DNA from: Chrysomallon squamiferum
Lineage: Eukaryota > Animalia > Mollusca
Direction: 5' to 3'
Assembly (NCBI GenBank): GCA_012295275.1
Contig: CM022671.1
Coordinates: 19,530,001-19,594,000, forward strand
DNA length: 64,000 nucleotides
The notes beneath the pieces are model-generated. The model was not told the DNA's origin, did not search any database, and saw only the letters and a list, made by a program, of their open reading frames with translations. Below are positions 27,876 to 42,003 of this stretch, in pieces. Both the position numbers and the translations under genes were made by a program. Numbering within the stretch: the stretch's first letter is position 1; every line of letters begins with the position of its first letter.

Positions 27876-28366
27876 CCTGCAGTGTATCGGGCTGCAAGTC
27901 CTAGCTCTAACCTCTGAGTTTACAAACTCCAGTAATAAGACAACGGGAATACCATCATTACCTTTACATTAAAGTTTGCAGTGAAGGCGCAAACAAGAGG
28001 TTCAAAAAGTAATAATAAACAAGTTCAGCAATCTTAAAAAAATTAAATTTCCTTACACGCTCTTCCTTAACGAAAATATAATAATAATCATGATGCATTC
28101 ATATTTGTTTTATGTGTGTGTCTGTCTGTCTGTTTTTATCTTATTGCGGAGTTTATTCCTGTTATTTGCTTAACTTGTTTTTTTCCTCCATTCCATTCAA
28201 ATCGATAGCTGCATTAAGATAGATGAGGTACCAAGCTTTGTGTTATAGAGGGAATAATTGTTAGTTTTTCTCTCAAGAGAACTAATTATACACGTAAGAC
28301 ACAAGTCTCCTCTGTTATTGCAGAAAAGCTTTTTTGTAAAAAAGAAGAAAAAACTACAGTCGCAGC

Positions 28367-28493
<127 letters not shown>

Positions 28494-28726
28494 GAATAAT
28501 TTAATGATCTGATATGTTTTATTGTTTTCCAAACCACCATAAAAAGGGAGTTAAAAACAAAAAAACAAAAAAATTGAAATTTTGACATTCTGATTATCGG
28601 CTATTTAGTTTCCTGGAAATGTTTTTATATAACGGATGGAAGGGATAACAATATGTGGAGGAGGCTGAAGTTTTGCAGTTATTGTGAATTAATTTGATTT
28701 CTTTCTTTATAGATTTTGTTGTATAT

Positions 28727-28781
<55 letters not shown>

Positions 28782-29275
28782 TTTGTTTGTTTGTTTGTTT
28801 GTTTTTTTTTTTTTATTTATTTGGCTTTTTTGTTTGTTTATTAATTTATGTATTTAGTTAGTTAGTTAGCTAGACAATTATTTGCATAGTGTTTCTATTT
28901 ATTTTATTTTTTCTCTCGTTTTTTGTTACTTTTCCTGACTAAAGACACTTAGATTGAGAGACGATACTCAAAATAATTACTTTGCTTTAATTAAATCTCA
29001 TTAAACAAATTACTTCTTTTCAGTGAAACCTAAAACCTAAAAATAAAATTACAACAAAGACATCTCAAAAGAAAAAAATGTATTTCTATTGTATTTGTTC
29101 TAATTAGATGAAAATTTCGTATCTAGATCACGCGATTTTATCCTGTGCCAGACAGACAGACGGGATAAACATAAAGACGATGAACTAAAAATAACAAATT
29201 GTTTTTATGACAGCACTTTGTTAAACTACTATATCTTAGAATTTAATATTTTAAATTATGCAGCTATTTTAAACG

Positions 29276-29425
<150 letters not shown>

Positions 29426-30546
29426 AACTGTACAAGCCATGAATTTAATGGGCCTTGCAATAAAACTATTGCCGCTAGTGATCAATTTAATACATTCCAA
29501 TAAAACTGATGGAAATGCATAAAAATATATAAAAATAAAGTGTTTCTTCCATTTATTTCAGAAATCTTAATGTTAGTGGCATTTAAGAGATTTTTTAGCT
29601 CTTTTCTTTATGGCTTACAAAAAAAAAAAAAAAAAAAAAAAATTCTATAGTGAACTTGTTTTCGCAGTACTTTTCAAAGCATTAAGTTCAAAATAGACTT
29701 CTCACAAGACTGTATTAAGGGAGGATGATAAGGACTTTTGCCTTTCTTATGCTTGAGTACTAACCATAACAGTATTTCAGATGTTGTTTAGTGTGCAAAA
29801 GTATCACACAGAAAGCCGCAGTCTGTATCAGTTAAATAATGAAATTTCTAGATTTAAACTGAACACGTTAGATTTATTTGTGAATCATTGAAATACATAT
29901 GGCCGTGTATGTTGATGTTTTTTTGCATGTATGTTGTGTGTGTATGTGTATGTTTTTCCAGAAGTTTTCAGTCTCTTTAAGCCTAAACCTACTCGTAACA
30001 ACATAATTCATTTAAAAAAAAAAAAAAAAATTACCCTCCATACACACACACACACTAAAAATGCCTTTATTTTATGAATTATCGCAACATGCCATAAAGA
30101 TTGTCTTTGAGTTTGTTTAGACAATTTATATCCTCTGTTTTAATGATTAATTAATTGATAGACACAGACCCAGCTCTTCCGTTTGCTTCGCCCACAGTTC
30201 TCTGTAGGAAAATGGTGTAAGATTGACGCAATTCTAAATGATCGGTGAGGAACACAACGTTCTGACAACATGTTTCCAGACTGTTCGCCTCATCGCGTTG
30301 TACGTGAAGCAATTACTGAGATGTGCGCTTACTGTCATGGAACGTTCACGATCATTAACTCATCCAAACCTCGTACATTCACGTTTTTCTGACAGTTAAA
30401 TCAGCACTTTAATACTGATTGAGTTCACGTGTAATTAAAGTACAAGTATTAATCTCTAGTAAGATACTTTGCACTGGAAAACAACATATTTTCATACACA
30501 CATACTGTAATAACTATACATATATGCACATTCAAACGTACATACA

Positions 30547-30578
<32 letters not shown>

Positions 30579-30887
30579 ACAGTAAAGAGTTCAGGACCAT
30601 TTACTGACTATTTTCATTACAGTTAGACATAAAAGCTATTGCTTTTATAGCCCTAATGTTCCACATGATAAAAGTAATATTGAATCTCAAGCTCTTCGTA
30701 AAACTACATTGCAGAACTGCATACATTCGATCAGTGACTGTCAAAAGGCAAAAAGTTGTAGAAAGATAAAAAATACTTTAATTAAAAGCCGCATTTGTTT
30801 TGTTTAGTTTAAAACAAAGAGTGAAAGTTTATTTTGTTTGTTTCATTGTTGTGTTTTTTTTCTTGTTCTTGTTGATATTTTAATTCA

Positions 30888-30933
<46 letters not shown>

Positions 30934-31349
30934 GTTATTATTATTATTATTCGGGAAACGTATTGTGTAAATAATGATTAAAACGTCAACTAGTTTACCT
31001 TGAAAAACGCCAAGCTTCTAATTAACTGAAACAGAATTCTAGAACTGGCTTCGGTTAGTTTTCTAAAAATACTGTACGACGTTACCTTTTCACATCATAA
31101 TATTTCAACAAATAATCTTCTTAGATATGACGCATTCTAAAATGTTTAAAAAAAATTATAAAAATAATAAAAAATTTAAAAACAAAAAAATAACAGAGAA
31201 GTTCTATTCTCGACACATTCTGTTACTTCATTTTTCTTTCTGTCTTTGTCATTTCTTTTAGTTTTTCTTCATTTTAAATCAGTTTATGCGATGAAATACA
31301 GACTTTATTTTTAGAATTCAGTTTTCCTCTAGTTTTAAATAACCTTTCT

Positions 31350-31480
31350 CTGTATCACAGTGACTAAGCCACTGGCCTACGAACTGATATGCACTGGAAT
31401 CACATAATCTCGCATGGTATTTGTAGAATGTATAACTTATCGGATTAGCCTTGAGCCTTTCCTATCTAGCATTTCATACA
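31350..31480 (+). mobile_element. Highly decayed tRNA-SINE head (second family)
   Basis: GTGACTAAGCCACTGGCCTACGAACTGATATGCACTGG...GCATGGTATTT resembles a recalled gastropod SINE 5' region. A related start (GGCCTCGGTGGCGCCGTG) occurs at ~10576. Memory-based only. Confidence 0.3.
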
Positions 31481-31564
31481 TGAAATAATAACATTTAACA
31501 AATGGCATATGTGGATGACGAACAAATTAAAAATGTTGACAACAAAGATAATCCTTTATGGGTT

Positions 31565-31885
31565 TGATTGTAACTCTCTGGTTAGAGTGCAGGATCACTG
31601 GCTCGGTCTTCTTCAACATTTCAGTCCTACAGCTCCTTTTCCAAAGACCGTGTAATATTGTTTTTCCACTCTAAGGGAAGATGCCTGTAAAAAAAATCCC
31701 ATACTGCTAGTGTAAAGAATAAATATACTTGCTCATTATCTGTATAGTCCTTAATATCTGTCTATCTATCTATCTATCTATCTGTCTATCTATCTATATA
31801 TATATATGACTATGTGATGCAAAGTAGTATTAGATTTAAAAATGTGATGATTGTATCGTTAAATAAAATTTATTTTCCTTCTTCC
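31565..31885 (+). mobile_element. Decayed near-full-length tRNA-derived SINE (MetaSINE-like) interrupted by a (TCTA)n/(TA)n microsatellite
   Basis: It has an A-box-like GTAACTCTCTGGTTAGAGTGC head and a central CAAAGACCGTG...GGGAAGATGCCTGTAAAAAAAATCCCATACTGCTA domain. The tail AAAATGTGATGATTGTATCGTTAAATAAAA...TTTCCTTCTTCC ends in a TTCC-type repeat. The microsatellite is inserted at ~31756-31807. Confidence 0.55.
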
Positions 31886-31946
31886 TTTTACTGATAAGCT
31901 AAGACGCTAACACTGACACTGCTTGTACAGACACCGTATTATAAAC

Positions 31947-32001
<55 letters not shown>

Positions 32002-33488
32002 TTGGTTGGTTGCCTAGCTGCTTGTTGGTTGATTGGTTGGCTGGTGGCTTGGTGGTGGTAGGATGGTTGGTTGGTTGAATGATCAATCGACTGATTTCAT
32101 TCGGGTTTCTTGTTACTTGATTAAAATGTCTGACAAACTGTAACAGTTTTCAAATGTGATTACTTTTAACGACAGAAACGTAATTGTCAGGTTCGGTTTT
32201 GATTTTAACAGAATAGTAATGAATCAAGCTAGATTAGCCAGAATGTGTCAGAAAGGTTCATTGTAATTACTGTTATTATTGTGGTCGTGATCATCATCAA
32301 CATTATCATCATCATCACCATGTACATCTCATTATCATTATTATTATTATTGTTATTATTATTATTACTGCAGTGGAGGTAATAATTACAACACATATTC
32401 AAACACATTCTTCTAGATATACATACGAACACTTGCCTGTCCTTCCATCACCAGCTTTTCCCAAAACACACTAATTATATAATATCGAACGACTATGTTA
32501 TTAAACATGGTAGAAAAAATTCTCTTGTACGTTTATTCTGTAATATTCCCACGATATTTTATTGCATGCTAGACAGAATTCAGTGCAATAAAAGACCATT
32601 AAACGTGCTGTATCCTAGATCAGCGTTATGATGTATTTTATGACAAGCTGCGATCGTCGGGTTTAACTTCATACGGTGTATTAGCATTTGGCTCCATGAC
32701 AGCATAAACTCAGCAAGCGTATTCCTAGGGAAGATGACTGCATGGGAATCTGAACTTCATATTTACTGTCATTTCATCTTGTTTTATAAGCATGTTAACA
32801 TAATGCTCAATTTTTATACGCTATACATTTCTTCAGATAGAACAAGTAACTTATTGATGCTAGAAGAATACGAATTGAGAATTAACTGCTACATTAGCGG
32901 CTAAGCTCTTTGTTGTCAAGCTCGCTGACGTTGTAGTCGGATGTAGCAAAGGAATAATGAAGTCTTCTTAGACCAAAGGCCTCTCGCCAATAAATTATAG
33001 GATAATTATGTCGTTTAACGATTACGAACGGTTTAATAATATGCTTAATCTGGTCTTCTTGCTATCATTTAAACTGATTGTCTCACGTTTGTATTATGCA
33101 GGATAGTACTAAGCTGTTACCTCCCTAATGTGCAATCGTATGATCGTTTGTTATCTGCATAAATTGACTTTTAACCGAGACAAACGTCTACTGTCAGCTA
33201 TTTTTAATTTTAAAAATCCTACTTACAAACAGATAAACTGATAAAAAGGAAGCATTCGCAAAATTAGCTTTAGCTGTTATCTATATTGAACTGATTCAGA
33301 TATAAAGCATCACTGATTTATTATTGAACTTCTAAAATCTATTTGTTGTATTTATTTTATTTTGTTTTATTTTTGTTTTTACTATGATTATCATCTGTGT
33401 CATTATCATCATTAATCCATTATATTGTTGTTGTTACTTATCTTCTTTTTCTTCTTTAATATAATATTGTTGTTATTGTTGTTGCTGC

Positions 33489-33555
<67 letters not shown>

Positions 33556-35508
33556 GATCCGTTTCCATGGAACCTTAACGTGAAGAAATAACTTCAGAGA
33601 GTGCTATGAAAGACAGTGGACGTTACAGTCTTGTTAATTGTTATAGGTAGTATGCGAAGTTGTTTTGAAAGGAAACTCGAGCGATCTGATATGGCCAGTC
33701 TCTTCTCATTTAAGAGCAATAATTAAGAGATAAAATCCTTTGACCAACTTATTAAACTATACAGAGGGACCGGTGGCCTTGTAATTGATGTGTCAATAAA
33801 CAGGAATAGCCATTGGTTAATCACAGTGTTTGAATTCCTTTAGTAGAATTCTTCACAGAACGCGTGGTCCACCGAAGACATCGAGGACTGGGCAATGGTT
33901 GAGATGAACAAAGTTCTTTAATAATATTAGATGGACTGTCTTGGAAAATTTCTTTTGTTGACAAGTCTAGACATGATGGTTAAATTGCTTTTCGTCCGAC
34001 GTCTTTTCCTGTGCAGTTGACACTCAAATGTAACTGCGACGAGCAAGTCACAATATAAATGGGTTCTTTCGTTGTTCCCAGTGTAATTGCGCGTCTATTT
34101 AATGACATTGGCTGCTTCTAGCAATACACGCTTCCTATTTGAATTACAGGGCCCATTTTTTGCGAGCAGAAATTCTGCCCAAGTTAGTGATAACATATTG
34201 AATTTTTCCCCCTCCAGTAATATTCTTTTCACTTAGCAAAATAACAATGCTCATAATAAAAATATGTAACATAATACGTCATGGTACGACTGACATTTAT
34301 TTTCTCCTGCTGGATCCGTTGCATTTCCGCTAATTGCTATTCCATTTCTTTTATTTTTAATCCTTTTGTGTTTCTGATATTTAAAGTGTTAGCGATAAAT
34401 TCCTTTACATTTATATGTGAACTATTCCAGGCGATAAACAGCGAACACATTTTTAAAGTGCATGCAGTGGAGTTGGCGCAGGATTAGGAAATAATCTGAT
34501 AACCCTGATTAGACGTAATGCTTTAAGCTGTTTGAATAATAACTGTCCAAAAATTATTAAGTCGCCTTTCAAACCGTTAATTTAAGATCACAACATTACA
34601 GTAAATTAAAGAAATGAAAAACAAGGTGCATTATTCTAAGAATATCTCAGCAGTACGAATAGGCTGGAATGAAATCGTTGTTGTTGAGGATTTGGAGTTG
34701 ATATAAAATCTGTCTTGATTCAGTAAAAGTGTCAATAGCTTTAGACTATTTCTGAATAAGTGATGTTATGCATACGTCGCCTCCAGAAAAAAAAAAAAAA
34801 AAAAAAAAACGATGCTGACTCTTCATTACATTTTATCCAATAAGAAACTGTGATGTGATAAATAAGGTGAATTTTTCACAAAATTCATCACTGCAACTAC
34901 AATAAAGATGTTTGGTGCTTGCCTTCCCTTAGAGTGGAAATCTAAGAATATATTTTTCCATGTAAATGGAATAAATGTTGAATTCTTATTCTAGTATGTT
35001 GTAGTTGTTTTGTCGTTGTTTTCCCATGGAATACAGGTTGATTAAGAAATAGCAATATCAATAACTCTAATTTGTCATAAATAATTTATAAAACGCCTAA
35101 TTGCAGCAATTAAAACCAACTGTCTGCTGTTCATCACGCTTGTTAGTGTGGCTAGCCCGATAAAATCATCAAGCTGATTTAAACATAGAGCCACGGGGTC
35201 AGCTAGAGCGATGTAACGTATAATTTGCTATCACTACTTAACTCAATTAAATACGAAAATGCGAGGCCAGCATTCTTGTCGCCGGACGCACATAATGGCC
35301 TCGTAATCCACTTCTGTGACATATTTCATTTCATCTTTGATGCTACGAGGTTTCGTCTCTGCCCTTTTGGTCTTTCGTGGAATCCTTTCAGAGTTTTATT
35401 TTCCATATTTATTACACTTCCCGTGATTTATGCAGCCAAGGTAATCTCTTCGTATTTCGTATGCAAACATTGACCTGACAGATTGTATAAAACGTGTTCC
35501 CAGTTTTC

Positions 35509-35588
35509 GACTTTTTAGCTGTATTTTGACAGAAGCTTTCGGAATTACAGCCGAAAGAAATTTGGGTTCGAATCCAGACGTTTTGTCT
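35509..35588 (+). pseudogene. tRNA-like relic (tRNA pseudogene or SINE head)
   Basis: A perfect Pol III B-box GGTTCGAATCC (35565-35575) is preceded by an anticodon-arm-like hairpin CTTTCGG-AATTACAG-CCGAAAG and a degenerate TAGC A-box start. The acceptor and D stems do not pair, so it is not an intact tRNA. Confidence 0.35.
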
Positions 35589-35657
35589 AGAATTTATGAA
35601 ATCGCAACTCATTTATTGACCGTTTGAAGTGAAAAGGGAATATATATATATATTTAT

Positions 35658-35812
35658 TTATATAATATGGACTACACGACTGCCATCATGTTGAAAACTA
35701 CTTTTCAATGCGTGCCCTCCACTGTTGAAGAACACATTCAAGCACAGCTGGAGTTATGCTTGTAATGGCATTGAGATGAAACCATATGTATGGAAACTTA
35801 TGGGACACCCTG
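35658..35812 (-). mobile_element. Tc1/mariner-superfamily deletion relic: one TIR joined to a transposase C-terminal fragment
   Basis: The minus strand begins TA|CAGGGTGTCCCATAAGTTTCC (typical Tc1/mariner TIR start at a TA site). It then encodes LNAITSITPAVLECVLQQWRARIEK and, after a 1-nt frameshift, (C)FQHDGSRVVHII*. This matches the ...I..IT...L..V...W..R...C....G.H.EH C-terminal motif of Tc1/mariner transposases. No second TIR is present, and the element sits between (TA)n tracts. Confidence 0.75.
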
Positions 35813-37287
35813 TATATATATATACATATATATATATATTGTTTTAATAAAAACAATTTGAAAATCAATATTGTTAAATATATGTATTATTTGTTAAATA
35901 CTTATATATGGAACTAATAGAAGGAAAAGTGTGTGTTACTAAGCAGAAAAAAATGATGTAAGAATAAACAAATATGTCAAAAGTAGTTCTTATGTTTGTA
36001 CTGTTCGTTTGTTTGTTTGTTTTTGTTGTTATTGTTGTTGTTGTATGGCTGATAGATTGAAAATATTCATTTTCTGCTGCAATAAACCTTCGTATGGTTG
36101 GACCGCCTTATTTGCAAGAAAGAAAGAAAATAGCAAATAATAAAAACAACAACATTAACAACAATAATAATAATAAATTCTCTAAGATTTAATATCGGAA
36201 AAGAATTGTCAATTAAAGGAGAAAAACATTTTTTAATTTAAAAAACAACCCTTTGTTCATCAGTTTTATCAGTCGCTAGTATCTGAATTCGCGATTTATC
36301 ATGATCATCATTTAAGGGTAGAAGGTAGTTCTGGAAGACTTCAATAGCACAAAGAGATTCTGGCAAACAATCTGAGTAAATTGAATCGTCTGCTACTTCA
36401 GAGGCTTGAAAGGAAATGCGGGTACTTTATCATTCTCCATGAACGTTAAATCGGATAAACGTCAAATCGAGTAAAAACTGCCCCGTTACTGTTCTGACAT
36501 TAAACACAGAGGTTACTGCAGTGATGGCTGTTTCGTGTTCCTTCTTGGTCAATCAGAACCTTCACTGCAGTGCAGCAGAAACGTACAAAACACTTGACGA
36601 CATGGTCGTAAAACTTAACTGTAACAACATTTAACATGGCCATAAGTCCCGACTCTGTTGTCTTTTGGATTTGTTTGGATTTGTTTGGATTGCTTCCTAG
36701 AAGGAAACTAAGATATATATGTGTGTTTATGGCAATGCCCTATACATATCCCACAAGATGACTTTGCAAATGTTTATCGTTTGACTAAAGTGTTGTCGTG
36801 AGTTATTAGGCTTTTACGGAGTTTTTCAGATATGAGTGATAGTAGTGTAGAAATTCCGAGAACAAGCACTGTAAGAGGTTAAATGTTTTCAAGAGTATTA
36901 GATTCTTTAATAATAATGACAGATGGATTTGCAGTTTTAGTCCTTGAATTAATAGAATATAAGTGAGAAATATGATTATTATTAATAATGATATTATTAA
37001 TCTACTGAATATTCTTTATTTGTTTGTTTATTTATTTATTTATTTATTAAATATTGCACACACATTTACATAGACCTACAGACATACACAGACATATACC
37101 TTTACAATAAATTACTGAGAAAAACAGACTAAAATAGTTAGAATAAAGAGATCTTACATTTGTTTTCATTATTGTTTCATTCTCATATTAATAAATCCAA
37201 CTGACAAATTCTTATTCATTTAATTTTGCTAGTTATATTATGATAATTATTATGAGCAGGAAATTCTTCTCTTAATGGGAAGGTATG

Positions 37288-37291
<4 letters not shown>

Positions 37292-37374
<83 letters not shown>
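37292..37374. repeat. (GA)n microsatellite
   Basis: Read directly from the sequence. Confidence 0.97.
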
Positions 37375-37376
<2 letters not shown>

Positions 37377-38823
37377 TGAAGAACATTTACAATAAGGGTA
37401 GAAAAAATTCTTTATTGTTCAAACAGTTTGTCTATGTTATGGCGAAATTTGTGTCTAACGCACTTAAATCTGGACGAATATTTTTGCTAGAAAATGACTC
37501 GATTAAAGGGGCATTCTCACTACTCGACAAATCGAATGCTATTGAACAGTACTATAAAAACACCTAAATCTTAACTACTTTAGATTTCTGATTTGTACTG
37601 TACAGAACCTGTCACAAATCATGGTGATCTGTAGCTTGGAGAGAACGCCCCTTAACAAATGCCTGGTTAATTATGAATGCAGTAACCAATGATTCTCAAA
37701 CTGTACGAGAAGACCTACACGCATGGCAGTTTACCGAGTCGACAAGCTTTACGTGTATTTAAAGTTTTGCGCTCGCAGGCGAATTAGTTGTAGGAGTCCC
37801 TTGACAGTCGTTATTCTGTTATATGTGGCGAATCCAGCAAGGCTAATGAACAATTTCTACAGAAACAAGGCAATCCTTTTTCATTTTCATTTAATTATAC
37901 ATCTGTATGGACCTTGTTAATGTTGTCCAATTGATCCCATGTTGGATATAAGTCTAGCATTTGAAAGCAGAAAGTGAAAATTGCTCGATACCTGTTTAAC
38001 AAGTGAATACATCTATGCACAAAGTATATCCGCTATATATTCCATCTAAATTAGACAGATGGAAATTATCGCAACAGTAGTTATGCATTTGGGTTTTGAT
38101 GTATTTGTGTGTATGTGTGTGACTGAGTGAGAAAAAAAGGGAGAGAGATTGTACAGCAAGGAATAAAATACAACTGAATTACAAGAATACTGACAAGCTC
38201 TGACATTATTTAGATTAAATTGTCTTTTGATGTCACTAAGATAAAACCACAGAGTCAGACGGTTATAAATACGCTGATTAAAAACCGTACAGAAATGAAG
38301 ACTATGATTCTGCTTGTCAACGTAGAAGCCGTGTTACCTGCTCAGTAGATTATAAGATTTTCAAACTCCGACTAAGATCAATAAAAGACGTCAAAATCTC
38401 ACGTTAATGTAATCTCTGAGCAGCTATTGATTAATATAGGAAAAACAATATTTTTTATTTCATTTCAGTGCAAGTTTAGTTACATTTAGAAGTCATTAAT
38501 TTTGTTTTCATATTTTATATTTGCGGGATTTGTTTGGATTTTTTCTTTGTAACGAAACTCATCTGTTTTGGAAAGTTTTATTCACCAAATTAATCATTAA
38601 AAACTGTGGTCCTAAAATTAAAGATTTTAAATTTACAAGCCATATAATACCATATATGTTTACCTGTAACAAATATTTTTATTGTGAAAATATTCATATT
38701 ATAGTCTTTAATGGTTGTCATTATCATCATCAAATTCATATTAGAATCGTTATCATCATAGTCATCATAATCGTCATTGTTATTATCTTCGTCATTCTTT
38801 TTATGGTATTATCATCATCATCA

Positions 38824-38866
<43 letters not shown>

Positions 38867-39900
38867 TTCACCTTTTCGTCTCTCTCCATTTCCACCAAAC
38901 AATATCTTTCTATTATTATTTTTGGCGCATCTTTGTTAGTCAGATTGAAAGAAATCGTTGCTGTAAGTAATCGTCTAACACAAATTATTAACACCGTGCC
39001 AGAAGGTTATTTAAACTCATAATACAAAGTTAAAATACTGCACTGGCAATTTGTATTGTCCCTTCTACGTTAATAGCTGTCTGGGTTTCGGATCAGCTAT
39101 ATCGCTAAGACTCGACTGCGTATGAAATGATGAAGTTTGTCAGAGGTAGGTTACAAGGTGTATTGTACAAAAGGCCAAGATGCCGATGATGAAGCCAATA
39201 AAATATCTTCAGGGATTAAAGAGACTCATCAAGTACAATGCTTAAATGTGGGTAAAGATAAAGTGTCTTTAACAGTGACAAGGTCGCTTTCACGTATTCC
39301 GCTTAACAACATGTTGCGAAGCACGTAGCTAGCTCGTCAAAGACTTGACAGCTTTTAACTCAATTAATAAAATGTTTCAAAAGGGTAATTTTTAATCTAT
39401 CAGATTTTGAAGTAATTTACAATAGCACTAATTCACATGCAGTAGAGACTGCGCTGTTCTTTGGGTGCCATTATCCGGGTGGAAGTCTCTTACAATGCAG
39501 TAATGGAAGTGTTTGATTAGATTATTAAAACTTTCTAGGAGGCGAATGGCTGACAGTTAGCTCAGGGCAACGAAAGTACTTTCTCTTACTGACACTTCCC
39601 GTTTTTCATCTTTTTTCAAGATCTAAGAATACTGTTCCAGAATGAAGTCTTATTAATACTTTGAATTTCGTGTTCTCTCCATTAAAATTACCTTAAGACG
39701 ATTTAAATGTGTTTTTATTTGTGGTGAGATAGTCATTGTTCACACATGAAGCTGAGAGTAAAAGATTATAAATGGCTTTCTAATAAAAGTATTTGATCTT
39801 TCAACAAATGATTTTTTTTTACATTTTATTATTATTATTATAATTTCTTTTTGTGATTTGTTTTTAAGGTTTTATCTTTTGTTCTTACTTGAATGTACTT

Positions 39901-39981
39901 ATACTGTATTTACGTATTTTTATATTATTTTTCAGGTAAGATTCAGTTAAACTTTTCGAGATAACTTGGCTGTTTGTGAGT
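39901..39981 (+). other. Candidate recursive splice site with a 40-nt cryptic RS-exon (39936-39975)
   Basis: A long T-rich tract ends in TTATTTTTCAG (AG at 39934-39935) and is immediately followed by GTAAGA. A second donor GTGAGT lies at 39976-39981. Confidence 0.45.
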
Positions 39982-40459
39982 AAAATTTATTTATTTATTA
40001 TTTATTTTTAAATTAAACACAAAGATACCACTGAATACAAATACGATAGGCACAACCAATGAAAAAATTATTTTCAAATGAAAATAGAAAATCCATTTAA
40101 TAATTATGTTTTACTGCTGAATTTATGTATTCAGATGCTACAAAGTTAGGAAGTCTAATCGACTAAACTTCACAAATTATTTATTGTAAAGCAAAACTGA
40201 TGAAAACACCCACAGCTCTGATATTTACTTATCCTATTTTTTAAGTTTGAAACCTAAAGATTTTTGAATGAAATATCACTATATATCTCTAAACAAATAA
40301 ATGATAAATAATCCTCTTTAATCTGAGCCAATATTAACATTCATTCTGAAATCGTTATGAAATTTTGCAATCAATGTCGTTATATTCATATTATATTATG
40401 AATGAATTAATAATGACTGACTGACTGAATGAATGAATATTTGACATTGCCATAGGGCG

Positions 40460-40461
<2 letters not shown>

Positions 40462-40529
<68 letters not shown>
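40462..40529. repeat. (AC)n microsatellite
   Basis: Read directly from the sequence. Confidence 0.97.
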
Positions 40530-40531
<2 letters not shown>

Positions 40532-41955
40532 CGGTAATCAAACAGAAATAATCTAGTTCTGAAAATTAAATAAATAAAATGAAGACAATAGTTCACAAAA
40601 TGAATCCAAAACGAGTGAAATAAACCTCTTGAAACTATATATATATATATAGTATTGTTTTATAATACACTGGATGCAGAACACGGGCATTTCAAATTAA
40701 TTCAGCTCGTTTATTCTTCATTTATTATTATTTATTTTTAATTAATATTACGGATCTGTTAATATAACAATCAGAAATCAAAATACCAGTTTAAATGGCT
40801 TTTTCTCTCTGATGAATATTATAGTAAAATCCACCAGATTCTTTCATTTTCTATACAGCTTTAGAAATTTTCCAAATCATTAAATAATTAATTACTGTTT
40901 TCTGCGAAAATTATTCTATAGTCCTTATATATTTAAAATTGTAATCCTATAATCCAGCGTATTAGAGAATGCCTCGATAATTTGATGAAATCGCTTTCTT
41001 TAGTATATCTGATAGACAATTAAGTTTAATACAGTTTTACTTTTCGTAAAACTTTTCATTAACTGAAATAATCTTGAAATTGAAAATATGATTATCAAGA
41101 CTGCATCATTCTACTTTATATTCCAATTAGATGTTCCATCTTGTATTTTTTACTTCTTTCTTAATCTATTTCTTTACCGCATTTTCTATAATTACTCTTT
41201 TCAAATATAAATCCATATATTCGTTTTAATCTTTCCAATTCACATTTTTTTTTCTTTTTTTCTTCTTTGTTTTTTCCTTTATTTAACAGGGTTGGACTAC
41301 GTTAGTTATATTTCTATTTCTATTTTTATTATATTTTACTTAACATTATTGCGATATTGTTGTCATCTGAAACACTGATAGTTCAGTTTAATTATTTGTA
41401 AAAGTTATTAACCTAACCAGAGATACTTCAACAAACCTTTGAGACATTGAATATTATTGCAATTTTATAGCTGTCTTCGGAAATACTGTTTCTCTTATTT
41501 TTCTCTTTATTTGTAAAGATCTATCTGTTGTCATTGGTTTTCGTTTCTGTTTTATCTTTGGCTTTTATATCTGTGGCAGTACCAAAAAATCGTCTAACAA
41601 AACTTATATATACTTTCAGGTCATTAATTTATTGTTTTGTAGGAGCTTTCGTCGATCAAAAGAATGTATGACTATAAAATAATACTGTTAGAAAAGACTT
41701 GAGTTAGGTTTTTTAAAGCTTTCGGATCTGGAATCGTGACTTCATCGCATACCTACCTAACTATAGTTATATTTATTTTTTCAATTTTTTCAAATTTTTA
41801 AAAACAAACAAGCAAACAAAAATAAATCTGTATGCTCTATAACTGATGACATCACGTTCATAAGAAATTGCGGCGCCCAAATATGTAAAAACTGTTTTCA
41901 TTTATATTATATTTCATTATTAATTAAAATAGGAGAGGAAAACAAAAACAAATTA

Positions 41956-42003
<48 letters not shown>

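Noticed and set aside
35509-35588. Functional tRNA gene
   Set aside because: Only the B-box and one hairpin are intact; the acceptor and D stems are broken and the loop is 8 nt. Kept only as a relic.
40630-40705. Possible Helitron 3' end (…GCAGAACACGGGCATTT…)
   Set aside because: The hairpin does not pair and the terminal CTRR is absent.
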